A DNA stretch of 63,643 bases, the filler included, from Octopus bimaculoides (lineage: Eukaryota), in NCBI RefSeq assembly GCF_001194135.2. It is 8 parts of 6 records of this genome, joined end to end, with 100 filler letters (N's around TTAATTAATTAA, not from the genome) between each part and the next. Parts side by side here need not be neighbours in the genome. Positions count along the whole stretch, not along the records: positions 49,732 to 62,198 come from NC_068987.1; positions 62,299 to 63,643 come from NC_068983.1; 6 more parts are not named here. One strand, given 5' to 3'. A program made the position numbers and the translations under genes. A model generated the notes under the pieces. It was not told the DNA's origin, did not search any database, and saw nothing but the letters and a program-made list of their open reading frames with translations. Shown in pieces: positions 50,529 through 63,643 of the stretch (its first letter is position 1; every line of letters starts with the position of its first letter).

Positions 50529-52235
50529 GTAAATATGATTTCTTTCCTAAAATGTTCTTGTATTTCAGGTGAAATTTCTCATTTCTGCTATCAACGTTCA
50601 CTGCAATATTAAGAAATTCAGCACAATTCAATTAACCACCTACGAACAATAAAACAAAAACCATTTAAAATTCTATAACGCATGTCAGAAAATAATAGAC
50701 ATATCAACTGAACGAGTGTTCATGCATTAGACAAAACAATAGGAATTTTGCGAATGCAAAGCATATTTCACGAACATTATAGTTTCATTAAATGAAATAG
50801 TCTTGTAGGTAATTCAGAAGCACGATTTTGATTTTACACAGATCATGTTTATCAATAAACTATTAATCATTGAATTGTTAAATAGTTTTAAATAAATCAA
50901 CAACTATATACTTGTGTGTGTGTGTATGTGTGTGTGTGTGTGCGCGTGTGTGTGTGTGTGTGTGTGTGTGTCTGTGTGTGTGTGATAATTGCTATCAAGG
51001 ACACATTATTTCATTTTGCTCATATAATTCACTACCAAGCTTTACAGGTCAATATTGCCACTTACATTGGTATTAGCATTGCCATGTTTTTATTCTTATC
51101 TGTATAAATTCCCGATAGAAGTCAAAGTCAGTACGGAAAGTTACGACATTCCTTTTACAAATACGTCTATGCAAATAATCCTGTCGCAGATAGAAAAAAT
51201 AACAGGTAATGGGTGTATGTACACATTTCAAGAGTCATTACTCTTTCACTTTCTCCGCATCCGAGGTAACAAGTATTCGCAAAGAATTGCGCTAAATGTA
51301 TCGTCAATAGCTATTTACTGCATCTGTATCTACGTATTGAGGTCTTTATCGTATGTTTAAAGGTCTTACGTTCGCATATTTTAATAAGCTCTATATCTAA
51401 ACATTGAGCAATATCATGATAATTCTATCCATATGCATACTCGAAAAAGCACTGTGTATATTGCAAATTTGAATGCTTTATACATGTGCAAGTGAGGGAG
51501 TTTCAATGTAAATGTGAGTGTATATATATTATATGTGTGTATGTGTGTATATGTGTTTGTGTGTGTGAGCGTGTGTGTGTATCAATATATTTGTCTAAGT
51601 AGTTAGACAGACAACGATATTCATGTCAGATATGCCAAGTAAACTAAAAATCTGCCAATAGTATTCGTTCAAATCTTTTCATTATATTATTTTGCTCTAT
51701 TCAGTCATTCGTGGATACACATATAAACAGTTGATGTGTCTTATTAGAAACTTTCAAACAGCCGTCTGAAAATTCATTTCGGCAACTAATTTTTAGTTGC
51801 ATGGATTTCCATTTTCTATACATTTGAAATGACAACTATAAATCAACGTCGGTTGTATATTCTAAGGTAAAACATTCCAGCAGATGCGGTATTGTTGAAG
51901 GGAAATGGCAGCAAGTTTTCTGTAAAGTCAAACAGTGATAACTAAAATCTATAAAGCAGCTCACTACTGATTGATCCGATAGTAAACTATCGGAATATCT
52001 GAACGGGATTACTGGAGTATATGACACTGTTACTGATGAAGCTGATAAAAGATATCAGTGCAAAACAGCTCAACGGAATTCAATAGCTTTTCAATTATAA
52101 ACCAGATGAAAATAACAGATTAGTGGTGTTGGCAAATTCTGGAGAAAGAAATAAGGGTCAAGTGAAACAGGAAAGAGTAGTAGTGAGAAATATGGATAAT
52201 CAGAGGAAGAGGAAGAACGAGAAAGAAAAAAACAC

Positions 52236-52298
<63 letters not shown>

Positions 52299-53769
52299 AC
52301 GAAAATGTAGCCGAAGAAAACGAGCAAATCAAAGTTTTAAGCATAACGAGAGATACTAAAAGAGAGAAAGTAGGAGATGAAAAGTCGGGAGGAAGAAAGA
52401 ATAGAAAGTGAATGCAAGAGATATGGCAAGAATGAAAGCAGGAAAACTAAAAATATAAAAGGGAGAAAATATATAATAAGAAATAAATGAAATAAATTGA
52501 TGTGTGATTATAAATAACTATATAGTGGGAGGGATTTGGATAATTTCATTGCTGAAAATGCTGAAAGAACCAGAAAATGCAAAAGTGGATATTGGTATGA
52601 TAAACATTAGGAAACTACGAGATAATATAAAGAGAAAACTAAGACCAATTTTGAGATGAACGAGGGGAGAAGAAAAATTATAAATCCTGGTAGTCAAATA
52701 GAAACGGTAAATATTTAAAACATTAAGAGAAAAGAAGGGAGAGACAGAAATCTAGTTGAATGGAGGCAGAGAAATAGGGGGAGAGAGAGAGAAAAGAGTG
52801 ACTAATATGTTCATAATAGACCGAGAAATAAATAATAAACTCAAAACGGAAAGCAAATGGATGTTGAAATATAGGATTCTATTCTGGAGAAAATGATGTT
52901 TTTTTTTTAATGCTACTACCAACATGGATTTGGTGGAGATTGCTTGTTTGTGAAATACAGAAAAGAAAATCTATTTTACGTTGCCTTTTCACGAATCAAC
53001 CGCTGCATTATAATCAATTGATAACTAACTAATTAATGCGAAGCTAAATTCCATAATTTACTGACATGAAGCATGAGATACGTCATGTAGCCAAAATTAC
53101 TACAGGACTAAGATTTTTTATTTGAACATTCTGACTAGATAGTACACAGCATCTTAAAATAAGCTTTAAATTTAATTACACTATTGACATCTGCGATTTT
53201 ATGTAGTCCTACAGGAAGTGGTATTCTTGTGCAGTTCAGACACACTACATAGGTTTATTAACACCTAGATCTCGGACAGTTAATAATAAAATTGGTCGAA
53301 TCATAGTTCAAATGTGGTCCCTAATAAAGAAAATGCAAGCAAATGAATACAAATTTAGGCTAATAAACTCCTGAATTACACAAGATGAGTCTTTATCACG
53401 ACCTTTTACATTTTCTTTCAGTAAATATCTAAGATCTAAGGTTATCAGGACTAAGAAAAAATATATTATTGTTATATAACATTAGTACTAAATAGAATAA
53501 CAGTTAATCTAATGTTAATATATTTTGATACATACAGCATTATAAAGCTCATTAGAATTAAAGAATCACGGAGAGGGGAGGAAGCACAGGATCGAAAGTC
53601 ATTGACCATATAGGAATAGGAAGAGTTATACAAGTCATAAATTTCTGTAACTCCTCACACTTTTAATTTTAAAGTAATAGATGTCTCGAAAATTAGTTAT
53701 TTCATCATTTTTGTATAAGCAACGAGAAATTTTACAAAAGTAAATTTCAGCAAATTATCCTTTTTCTTT

Positions 53770-54160
53770 TACTTGTTTTAATCGTTAGGTTGCAGCCATG
53801 CTGGGGCAACGCCTCGAAGAATTTTTTGACGAATGATTTGACCCAGTACATTTTAAAAATCTGGTACTTATTCTATGCAGCTCTACATTATAGGGACGTA
53901 AACGCACTAGCATCAGTTGTCATGCAGTAGTGGGGAGACGCACACAGACACAAAACACAGACACACATAGTTGTATGTGCATGTGTGTGAATGTGTGCAT
54001 ACGACAGTCTACCTTCAGTTTCCGTCAGTTAAATCTACTCGAAAGGCCTTGCTCAGTCTGAGGCTATAGAAGACACTTACCCAAGGTGACACGCAGTGTG
54101 ACTGAACCAGGAATATGTGGTTGGAAAACAATCTTCTTACAACAGAGCCACGACCGCGCC
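53770..54160 (-). mobile_element. SINE family A, decayed full length
   Basis: Tail GCAGCCATGCTGGGGCAACGCC...GGTACTTATTCTAT and head TGAGGCTATAGAAGACACTTACCCAAGGTGACACGCAGTG. Confidence 0.85.
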
Positions 54161-54793
54161 TGATTCTAAATATACTAGTTACAAGTCATAGTTATAGTAC
54201 GTCTACTTTTTATATTATACATGGTGGAAAAAGTATACTTTCAAAGTTACTCGTTGCATGAATGTGTAAGAATATATTCTTTTCTAAAAATATGGGATCA
54301 TCATTCGTACTGCAGTAGTATATAAAGCTTGATCACGGCTGATCCGGGATAAAATATTAACACATCATCACGAACAACCACAACACCCAAAATAACTACC
54401 AAAGTCATACCATGCTTCGGGTATAGATATTAAATTTTGCGAAAGCTTCATTTTTTTTATATTTGTTCAGATTATTAATTTTACTTCTCACGTGTAGAAT
54501 TNNNNNNNNNNNNNNNNNNNNNNNNNNNNNNNNNNNNNNNNNNNNNNNNNNNNNNNNNNNNNNNNNNNNNNNNNNNNNNNNNNNNNNNNNNNNNNNNNNN
54601 NNNNNNNNNNNNNNNNNNNNNNNNNNNNNNNNNNNNNNNNNNNNNNNNNNNNNNNNNNNNNNNNNNNNNNNNNNNNNNNNNNNNNNNNNNNNNNNNNNNN
54701 NNNNNNNNNNNNNNNNNNNNNNATATATACATACATATATATGTATAAATATTTATGTGTGTGTGTATATATATTTAAAGTCTATGAAGATTA

Positions 54794-55620
54794 TTAGGTC
54801 GTCAAGTATGAAATTTGTAGAAAAGAATAAAGATTGCTAAAGTTTTATAAATAGAAGTATTAGTTTTATTCATCAAAGTATGCACCCATATTGTCAATAC
54901 ACTTTTTGCCATTTCAGCGTAGCTTGTCCAGCAACTGTAAACGCCTGGCAATCTTGAGTCAATAGAATCTTGGAAGGCCTGGTTTACAGCATCGTCGGAA
55001 TTAAATTTTCTCCTTTCAAACAGTTTTCGAAATTCTAGAAGTGGTAGTCAGTGGTGGCAGGATCAGGTGAGTACGGTGGATGATGGACAACTTCCAACTT
55101 CAACTTCCGTGGTTTCGCCAATGTCATTTTTGCGACGTGTGCTCTGGCGTTGTCTTGCAATAAAATGAGTGAATCTGTTGACTAATCTAGGCTGTTTTTC
55201 TCTTTTTGTAAGTTTCTGCATTATTTGGTCCAGTTGGCTGCAGTATACTTCGACCGTGATTCATGAGCTAGTTTTAATGAAATCATAATGGATCACACCT
55301 GCGCCAGGCAAAAAAAAAAAAACACACACGATCAGCTCCTTTTGGTGAATTTTGCATTTTTGACTGTGTTTTGGTGGCTCGACTTTGTCCCCACGCCACC
55401 CCTTTGTGCTGAACGTTTACAGTTGTTTTATTGGATCCATTTCTCATCACATGATTCATTTTTGTGACGAAAAATTAGTATAATGCAGGCTTCCACTCGT
55501 TACTTCTTTTTGATTTTCATTGTGTTCATATGTCCAATTTTTTCACTCAACTGATTTGAACTAGGTGAGTCAATATTGTTTGATTGCTAACACTAAACAA
55601 CAACGATAATTCACGGGCAC
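54794..55620 (-). mobile_element. Mariner (DD34D) 3' two-thirds, decayed
   Basis: ILLQDNARAHVAKMTLAKPRKLKLEVVHHPPYSPDPATTDYHF with 34 residues between the Asp residues; terminal TATTAGGTCGTCAAGTATGAAATT at about 54792. Confidence 0.9.
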
Positions 55621-55782
55621 TTTGAGATGGATCTGTTTCTATGTTGGCTTTCAGTTCGTCATCATCCACCTTTGTTTCTAATCGACCGCGTTAATTTCAC
55701 GAGCAAGCTGTTCCGTTGATCGTATCAGCTGGGACTCTCGTATCAGCCGGGACCCTCGTCGTTGTAACTGATGGAGTACTCC

Positions 55783-55821
<39 letters not shown>

Positions 55822-55979
55822 GTGTGTACATAATACGTATGTATACAAGAAAATGCATAAATAATATACAATTGTGTGTGCGCGTGTGTGTGTGTAGAAT
55901 AAATATATACAATTTACTATCCTGTAATGACGCATGTATAATGTACTTGTACCAAATTCTTCTAGTCTTCACTTTATAA

Positions 55980-56011
<32 letters not shown>

Positions 56012-56704
56012 CTGTGTGCTGAGATATATACAGTCACAGACACAAACACAGAAAGTGTGTCCACATTGAGAATATGTATAAAGAGGACAGTTTAATTTGA
56101 AAATATCAATTAATGAAAAGTAATGTAAAGTAACATTTTATTGAGAAACATAGCCATACGTTTAATAGATTAAGAGAACATGTGGAATTGAATAGTGTAT
56201 GGAAGCTAAACAGCAGTGAAACATCAAACATTGAAACAGTGAAACATTAAACTATTACGTTTACAGTTAAATTGAACAATGTATGGAAGCCGGACAAGCG
56301 AACAACTTTTTCCTTGTTCTAAAATACAACTTTTCACAGGACTATCGAGAGAATAAAAAACAAAAAAGAAACTGTTGTCAGACGGAACTCAAATATACAT
56401 GCTTGCCTATTTTAAAGTCAATGTACATTTAACCATGCTATGAGAGAGCCAGAGCTGACAGGATCTAAATATTAGCTAAGTTTCTTCCTTTCTATATAAA
56501 AGTTTTCTGTAGAGTTTTATTATTGCAAAAGTGTAGGAAATTAGAAATAGGTAGTATGATGCAGCCATGAGTGAATGCCCGTATTAAATGAATGTGTACG
56601 GTTTGTGCATTTGTGGCTATTTTGCAAATGTGTGGGTGTATATATTTTCCTGTATTTTGGTTGTGTCTCGTTGCAGATTCTTTCCTTGGCACTAATCAAT
56701 AGAT

Positions 56705-56739
<35 letters not shown>

Positions 56740-57519
56740 CTCTTCTGGTTTATTTTAGATTAATGCTCGACGGAAATCTAAGCAGTTAAAATGGATAACA
56801 CAACATTCATAAAAATACTTCAATATATGAACCCAAATACGTACAGACATGCACACAGAGACAGCAAGAAAGTAAAACTTTCACAATGAAATGTGGAGTG
56901 TGAGAGACATACTTACAAACACGAAAGAAAATAATTGGGAGTTGTATAATTTATGAATGGTTTTATTAACATTTTTCAATATAGAAATAATTGCACTGAA
57001 ATAATTAAAATAATGTGAAAGATAAAACACAATAATTAAAAGATAATAATGTATATAAAACTGCCAGCTACGTTGAATGTTGACACTTTATGTCCCTATG
57101 CATTCAAAATGTTTCGTATTGCATGCAAGTCAACCAAATGCACCGTTCAGCATTTTCAGTGATTATCTATAGAAAAGATCCAACATTTTAAGGGCATTCT
57201 TTTTGCGATGTCTTATATCTGTCCAGAGGAGGTTGCATCTTCTTCGAAAAGTCCCTGGCGCGGCTTATACGTAATTTTGTTTACAAATTGTTTACTTGAT
57301 TTTCTTAGAAAAAAATCATATACTTTCATTTTCTGAAGTTTCTTCATTATTTTAATAGAGGTGTGGTATCGTTATCCCTTCTACTCATTAAAATTATCTG
57401 GTACTTTGAAGTTACAATTGGAGTTTTTTTTTGTTTTAGTTTAAGTTTTTCTATTAAGAGTATTATTGTTTGTGTAGCTAACAGTCTGTGATGTTTTAAG
57501 TTAGAAGTCGATGACAGAA

Positions 57520-57900
57520 CGGAACCGTATACCCCTAAAGCACCCTACTTCAATCTTAAGAACTATAACACGGATTTTAACACTCTACAATCGATCATCT
57601 CATCTACCCTATTAAATCAAACCTGGAATGGATTAGTAAAAATATATTAGACAGGTTTATTCCATGTGTAACCAACAAACTGAATCTTAACCTGTAGTCC
57701 AGCACAGGTGACGTGATAAACTAGTTTCATTTTGGGAAGTATATGTACCTTTATTGTTTCCTCTCTATCTTTCCCATCCTACTAACAAATACTTTAAATT
57801 TGCTAAAAGGCTTACACTCCTTACAACTCTAGAAACAGATACTATTTTGACTGCTAGAAAACTCTCATTACTTTCTCTAACAAATTTGTATCCTATCTTT
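57520..57900 (+). mobile_element. Penelope-like RT fragment (N-terminal RT region)
   Basis: LIYPIKSNLEWISKNILDRFIP...LNL*SSTGDVIN*F and FAKRLT...ETDTILTARK resemble PLE RT motifs (LINP.K..IG.ISK.ILD; W.ST.DVI.WF). Confidence 0.7.
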
Positions 57901-58189
57901 AATAATGATTGTTTCGCCATTACTAATATGTTTTCTAACTCAGCTCAGGTTACTGATCATACCAGGCTATAACTCTTTCTGCAGTTTTTTCTATACTTTC
58001 TTACAGTCTATGGCGTACTCTATCTATGGTTTTCTGGTTACTAACACCCTATCTATACCGACACTTCAGAGACCCACGACAGCCCTCCATAAGTTCGTCG
58101 CTAATTGTAACATAATCCTAACATTTGTTGATAGCCGCAAAGAAGCTAAATCCTGAACAGAATCTTGGACTTAAATTCTTCTTTATACT

Positions 58190-58450
58190 CATCATACCAC
58201 AAGCCCCTACTGGGTCCAGCCTCTTTGGCCTTATCGCTATTACCTACCGCGACCGGCTGGAGTGCAGAGCACTTAATACCGTCTGCTCATACACCTTCTT
58301 CACCAAGTATGTATACGACATCCCCATGCTCCCTTCATCCTACGGTGATGCCGCCACAATATTGGAAACTTTCAATGACATGGAACAACACGTCGATTTC
58401 ACCTACCAACACTCGAATGATGATGGTTCCCACTCCGGTAAATTAGCTTT
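58190..58450 (+). mobile_element. Penelope-like RT fragment (catalytic region)
   Basis: APTGSSLFGLIAITYRDRLECRAL...TKYVYDI...FNDMEQHVDFTYQH matches G.PMGSPLSP.LA..YM..LE..AL, RYVDD and LN..H..I.FT.E. Confidence 0.78.
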
Positions 58451-59384
58451 TATAGGGAAGTCTTTGATCAATGAGATATTCACCATATGCACAACTATTG
58501 AAGAAACTGCTGTAAGACACTTTATGCATTCTTACTCCTTTATTTATTTTAACATTTCTCTAATCATGTTTAAGTTACAAATTACACACCTTCATGTGAT
58601 ACCACGTTTTTTTTTTTCTGGTTCATTCTTCCTTCCTAATGTATATCTACCTGCTCAATCGTAAACCACTTATAGCCATCCATTGCTAGATAGCTACAAA
58701 TGACACTTTCTATAGTTGCATTTCAAGTCGGAGCTCTAGTGGTAAACCAAACCGAGCAATTAATGTACATAGCAATTACATTACATTATTAGACGGAATT
58801 TTCAATGTACTCTATGCATATATCTGTGTTAAATTCTGCTAAATGTTTTGAGTGCCCCTTTTATTCGTTTGCCTTGAATGGAGCCGAATCAAAGTACTTT
58901 AAATAATATGTGTGTGCATATGCGGTCTCGAGAGTGCGTGCGCGCGCGAGCGTGTACGTATATATATGCATGTTTATGTATATACATGCGAATATGTATA
59001 TAACCCTCTAACTCTTAAATTATATATGCCTTCACTATCTCAGTTAAACTTTCTCTACTCCCAAGCATTTATGAGTCTATCTTTGTTTTACACACTCGAG
59101 TATTCCTCGCAAACCTTCTGCTCCTTATCTAGCACACTTCCTCCCACCTACCCCTCTCTCTCTCTCTCTCTCTCCGACAATGGAAATACTGATATCCTTT
59201 ATTAAGGCTATTTCTTAATTCCTCCTCTCTGAAGATGGAATAGTTGACAGTTATATGGAAATCTTTGGTCAACTGTAAGAGACTTTATGCATAACTTCTT
59301 AATCCCATTTTTTTTTACAATAATAAGTCTGCAATTATGCTTGAATTATAAATTCCATTCTCTGAAGTGTTATCAAATTGCTTT

Positions 59385-59537
59385 GCCTATGGCTGTGCGG
59401 AAAGAAATTTGCTTCCCAAGCACATCGTTTCGGGTTCAGTCCTACTGGCTCTTTGAGCAAAGTGTCTTCTACTATAGGTGCGGTCCGACCACAGGTTTGT
59501 GAATGGATTTGGTAGACGGAAACTGAAAGAAGCTCGT

Positions 59538-59578
<41 letters not shown>

Positions 59579-59810
59579 TTAAATATTTGTGTGACTGCCT
59601 TTATGTTTGTGCTTATCCCCCGGCCATCGCTTGAGAACCGATATTGGTATGTTTACGTCCCCTTAACCTCGCGGTTAAGCAAAAGGGACCGATAGAATAA
59701 GTACTAGAGTTACAAAGAAGTGGTTCTGGGATCGATTTCTTCGACTAAAAACCCTTTAAGGCGGTGCTCCAGCATGGCAGCAGTCAAGTGACAGAAATAA
59801 GTAAAAGAAT
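59385..59810 (+). mobile_element. tRNA-derived SINE family A, full length
   Basis: ATGGCTGTGCGGAAAGAAATTTGC...GGGTTCAGTCC...(AT)n...GGCGGTGCTCCAGCATGGCAGCAGTC. Confidence 0.9.
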
Positions 59811-60568
59811 AAAGGACTAAATATAAAACTGGACGATATACATATTTAGATACACACATACATATTCGTACATATAAATTAATATTTGTATACTGTAACT
59901 TTCATTAGTATCTATGTACAAAAGTAACATACAAATGATAAATAACGTATTTTCTTCTCTGTCTCCCTCCCTACATCTCTCTTACTCTTTCTCTCTCTCT
60001 CTCTCCTTCTCTTTCTCTTTCATACAAACTTATAAATACGTTTCCTCGAAACTTAATTCCAGTCAAACTATGATACATACACTTGACCAAGAGGGAAAAT
60101 ATCTACTTCCTACAGATGTGATCAACTCCGCCTTTAGATAGAAAACAGAAGAAAACAATGGCACAACAACAAACATAATGATTAGAGTAGTGGTTTATAC
60201 CACCTCTCGGATAATTGCATTAATTTTTCAGTTCACGCAGAGGTTTTCTGTAATACCTTTAATCACAAATTAGATAAGTATAGATAATTACAGACAAACT
60301 AGCTTCAAATAATACACTACGAAAAGTTGTTTCGGCTATAGTTAATTAGATAACATGACGAAAACAATATATGTGTAATATACAAATAAGTCATTTATTA
60401 TTACACATACAAATCTATATATACATACATATTCACACGCGCGCGCACACATACGTACACACACACATATATATATGTAAGCATGCATGTATTATGCACA
60501 CATATAAATAAATAATATAATGTTATATGTATATACATATATATATACATATACATATATACATATAC

Positions 60569-60600
<32 letters not shown>

Positions 60601-62358
60601 ATATATATATATNNNNNNNNNNNNNNNNNNNNNNNNNNNNNNNNNNNNNNNNNNNNNNNNNNNNNNNNNNNNNNNNNNNNNNNNNNNNNNNNNNNNNNNN
60701 NNNNNNNNNNNNNNNNNNNNNNNNNNNNNNNNNNNNNNNNNNNNNNNNNNNNNNNNNNNNNNNNNNNNNNNNNNNNNNNNNNNNNNNNNNNNNNNNNNNN
60801 NNNNNNNNNNNNNNNNNNNNNNNNNNNNNNNNNNNNNNNNNNNNNNNNNNNNNNNNNNNNNNNNNNNNNNNNNNNNNNNNNNNNNNNNNNNNNNNNNNNN
60901 NNNNNNNNNNNNNNNNNNNNNNNNNNNNNNNNNNNNNNNNNNNNNNNNNNNNNNNNNNNNNNNNNNNNNNNNNNNNNNNNNNNNNNNNNNNNNNNNNNNN
61001 NNNNNNNNNNNNNNNNNNNNNNNNNNNNNNNNNNNNNNNNNNNNNNNNNNNNNNNNNNNNNNNNNNNNNNNNNNNNTATATATATATATATATATATATG
61101 ATATGTAATGAAGATATTTATTTTAGACGGCACTTCAATCGCCGAAAGCATTACCAGTGCAGAGTACAAATACAAAGCTAGTAACTATATTGTATGAATT
61201 CAATTCCAGCGTGTGCCAATAGAGTCTAGCATAGCGTTAAATGGATATTCAGGCTTTCAAACAACGCTAACAACAAACTAAGTTTTAAAAATTATTCGTG
61301 TATTAACTTTATACTTTATTCAAAATTATGCCGTTGAATAATTATGAAAATTCGCCGTGTCGCAAGGTTACGTAATTGTCTGAACTCAAAATAGAAATTA
61401 CAATCCCCCAGATCCAATTTCTATCCACCTATGATTTCCTTAACCACCCTACGTAATGCAATAACGCATATAACCACGAATTATATTGAATTCGTCTTAA
61501 GAAGTCTATAGTAAATGTATTTTATCTGTAGTCCATCGGGCATACAAATGGAGATGACCTAAGGTTCATCCACTCAACGGACTTACAGTCATTAAAACAG
61601 TCCTGTTGTTTCTCTACTACCTGGACTATAGCTGTCACGTAATGAAAACTCATTTGAAGTCCACTTGTGACTCCATCTCATCCTAAGGCTGAGGCTAAAC
61701 ACCCCTATGATAACCTTCACATGGCCGCAAACTGTGTACCCTCAGAAATTACAACAGTCCCTTCATTATACCTGATACTTTTTCAAATGAACCGACCCTC
61801 TAAGCTAATATTGTTTTTACTTGGCTTGTCCGATACAGTCGTAACTTCACGTCTCTTTGTATTCATTCTCTCTCTCGTTCTTTCCCCCTCTCTCGCTCTT
61901 ATAAGTATTCCTGAGCGCTACTGGTAACATGTAATCCAGTACAACCTGTCTCATGGTCGGGTCGTCGGCGACTAAACTGGCAACCCCACCAAACTCGCTT
62001 GGTGACGAGGGTGATTGTTGGCATCCTGCGGGATGAAAAATAAGACTCGTCGAAAGGACGTAAGAACTACTGTGTAGTAACGTCCACCCAACAATGTTTG
62101 TTTCTGTGTGTGTGTTTAAATTCTGTGTGCGCGTGTTGTTGTGCTGTGCCGTGTGTGTGTATATTTTTATATGCATTTCTTTATATATATATATATATNN
62201 NNNNNNNNNNNNNNNNNNNNNNNNNNNNNNNNNNNNNNNNNNTTAATTAATTAANNNNNNNNNNNNNNNNNNNNNNNNNNNNNNNNNNNNNNNNNNNNTT
62301 TAAACTCAAAAACAAAAAAAAAACAGAAGCAGCAAGCACGGAAAAAATCGAGAAATGC

Positions 62359-63344
62359 TTGAGATCTGTATGGCCATATAAAGATTATGTAACTTGGGGG
62401 CATAAATTTGCCCATGTGCAAGTTATTTTTCAAAGTGAAGAGTTAGCGAAACGATTCTTAACGCTAACTCTTAAGACAGAAGAGTTAACAATGATACCGA
62501 GTTACCTTGGTCAGAGGGTAACAAGGGTTATCATAAAAAATATTCCTCCCACGGTAGACACCCTATGGATAACATCAGCCGTATGTGTCGATATGGAGGA
62601 AGTTGACATATTACAAATTAGTGTTTCTGAAAAGCAACAGTGGGTGGGTAAACAAATGGAGATCCTCCTCCATATTACCCAGGAGTCACTAAATAAATAC
62701 CCACCTACATAAAGTTACCATTAACGCAAAGGCTGTATGTAGTGGTGGAAGGCAGACGACCACGCTGTTACATATGTGGCAGTGAAGCTCACTTCCAAAA
62801 GGATTGCAGTTCTGCCGGGAAACAACAGCAACAACAACAACAACAGCCACGGGAAAACCAAAAACCCAAAACACCAGCATTATTACCCACACCACCGTAT
62901 GCACAACTAATCAAGCAGCTATATGCGAAAACGAAAGAACGGCAACAACGAACAAACCAACCCAACCAAACAACACCACCACCTGAGCCAAAAACAGAAA
63001 CAACACCACCACCAACAACTAAAGACAGACCAACACCAAGAACAACAACCAAGAAGACAACCGCTGAGAACGAAAATAACAAGCAACCAACACCAACAAA
63101 AACAGCAACACAACCACTCACACAAAGACACACAGACGCTCACAATTTTCCCCTATCCCCTTCCGATTCCTCAGAACTTTCGTCGAAAGATGAAAGTAAT
63201 GAGGAATGGCAAATAGCCCAGAAAAGAAGGAGGGAGAGGAGCAAGACAAGAAAAGCAAACACAAATAAAGCAGGGAGATACACAACTCCCGAAAACACTC
63301 CAGACACAAACACAAGTACACACAACAACAACACAAGCAACTAA
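62359..63344 (+). mobile_element. Non-LTR retrotransposon ORF1 (L1/Tx1-like) with a CCHC zinc knuckle and one frameshift
   Basis: ORF 62359-62712 (VTRVIIKNIPP...) continues after a -1 shift near 62705 as YIKLPLTQRLYVVVEGRRPRCYICGSEAHFQKDC (CX2CX4HX4C), then a Q/T/P-rich tail; A/C-rich strand bias continues to the window end. Confidence 0.82.
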
Positions 63345-63643
63345 ATCCCAAAAGCAAGCACACACACAATGCTCACTGCCATCAACACAAAAAAACTCAG
63401 AGTTGATGGAATACATCAACACAAAAAACAAACATAACAAACGAAGACATAAAAAAACCAGCAACCACCCGTACACAACACCGCCAGAACACATCAAAAT
63501 ATTACACATAACACCAACCCTGCACCACACACTAAAATCTATTTTCCCCAAGGCGAAAAAACTATACAGCGATCTACTCGAAGAAAACCCGAAGGAGGAG
63601 ACACAAAAACTCTCGAACGGGAGGTGACTCTCTTTAAAACCTT

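Noticed and set aside
61960-62040. CACCAA/TTGGTG hairpin region considered as an HDV-like ribozyme at an RTE 5' end
   Set aside because: I could not build the nested double-pseudoknot pairings; more likely a repeat remnant.

Overview
This is AT-rich, gap-riddled eukaryotic DNA dominated by microsatellites and transposable elements. The SINE families, microsatellite density and TE mix are most consistent with an octopus (coleoid cephalopod) genome; that is inference, not a database match. Nearly all ORFs in the supplied track are artefacts of simple repeats or N gaps. Supportable content: four decayed mariner elements (DD34D spacing readable in two), two copies of one Tc1-like family (DD36E spacing), LINE fragments (CR1-like, RTE-like, R4/Dong-like, an APE endonuclease remnant, and a near-intact CCHC ORF1 at the right edge), Penelope-like RT fragments and about 20 SINE copies from at least four families. 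I see no rRNA, true tRNA gene or CRISPR array, and I cannot name a host gene. Two signals stand out. (1) Several short repeats from unrelated families carry type I hammerhead-ribozyme-like motifs with palindromic stem III (6061-6145 +, 38403-38455 -, and a three-copy family at 14.7, 25.3 and 49.6 kb). Two of them share a non-canonical purine-purine junction at the base of stem II, suggesting Penelope-derived or retrozyme-like elements. (2) A set of very short, splice-site-bounded plus-strand segments (8-52 nt) can be joined into one open reading frame, a possible micro-exon gene spread over the window; this is unproven.
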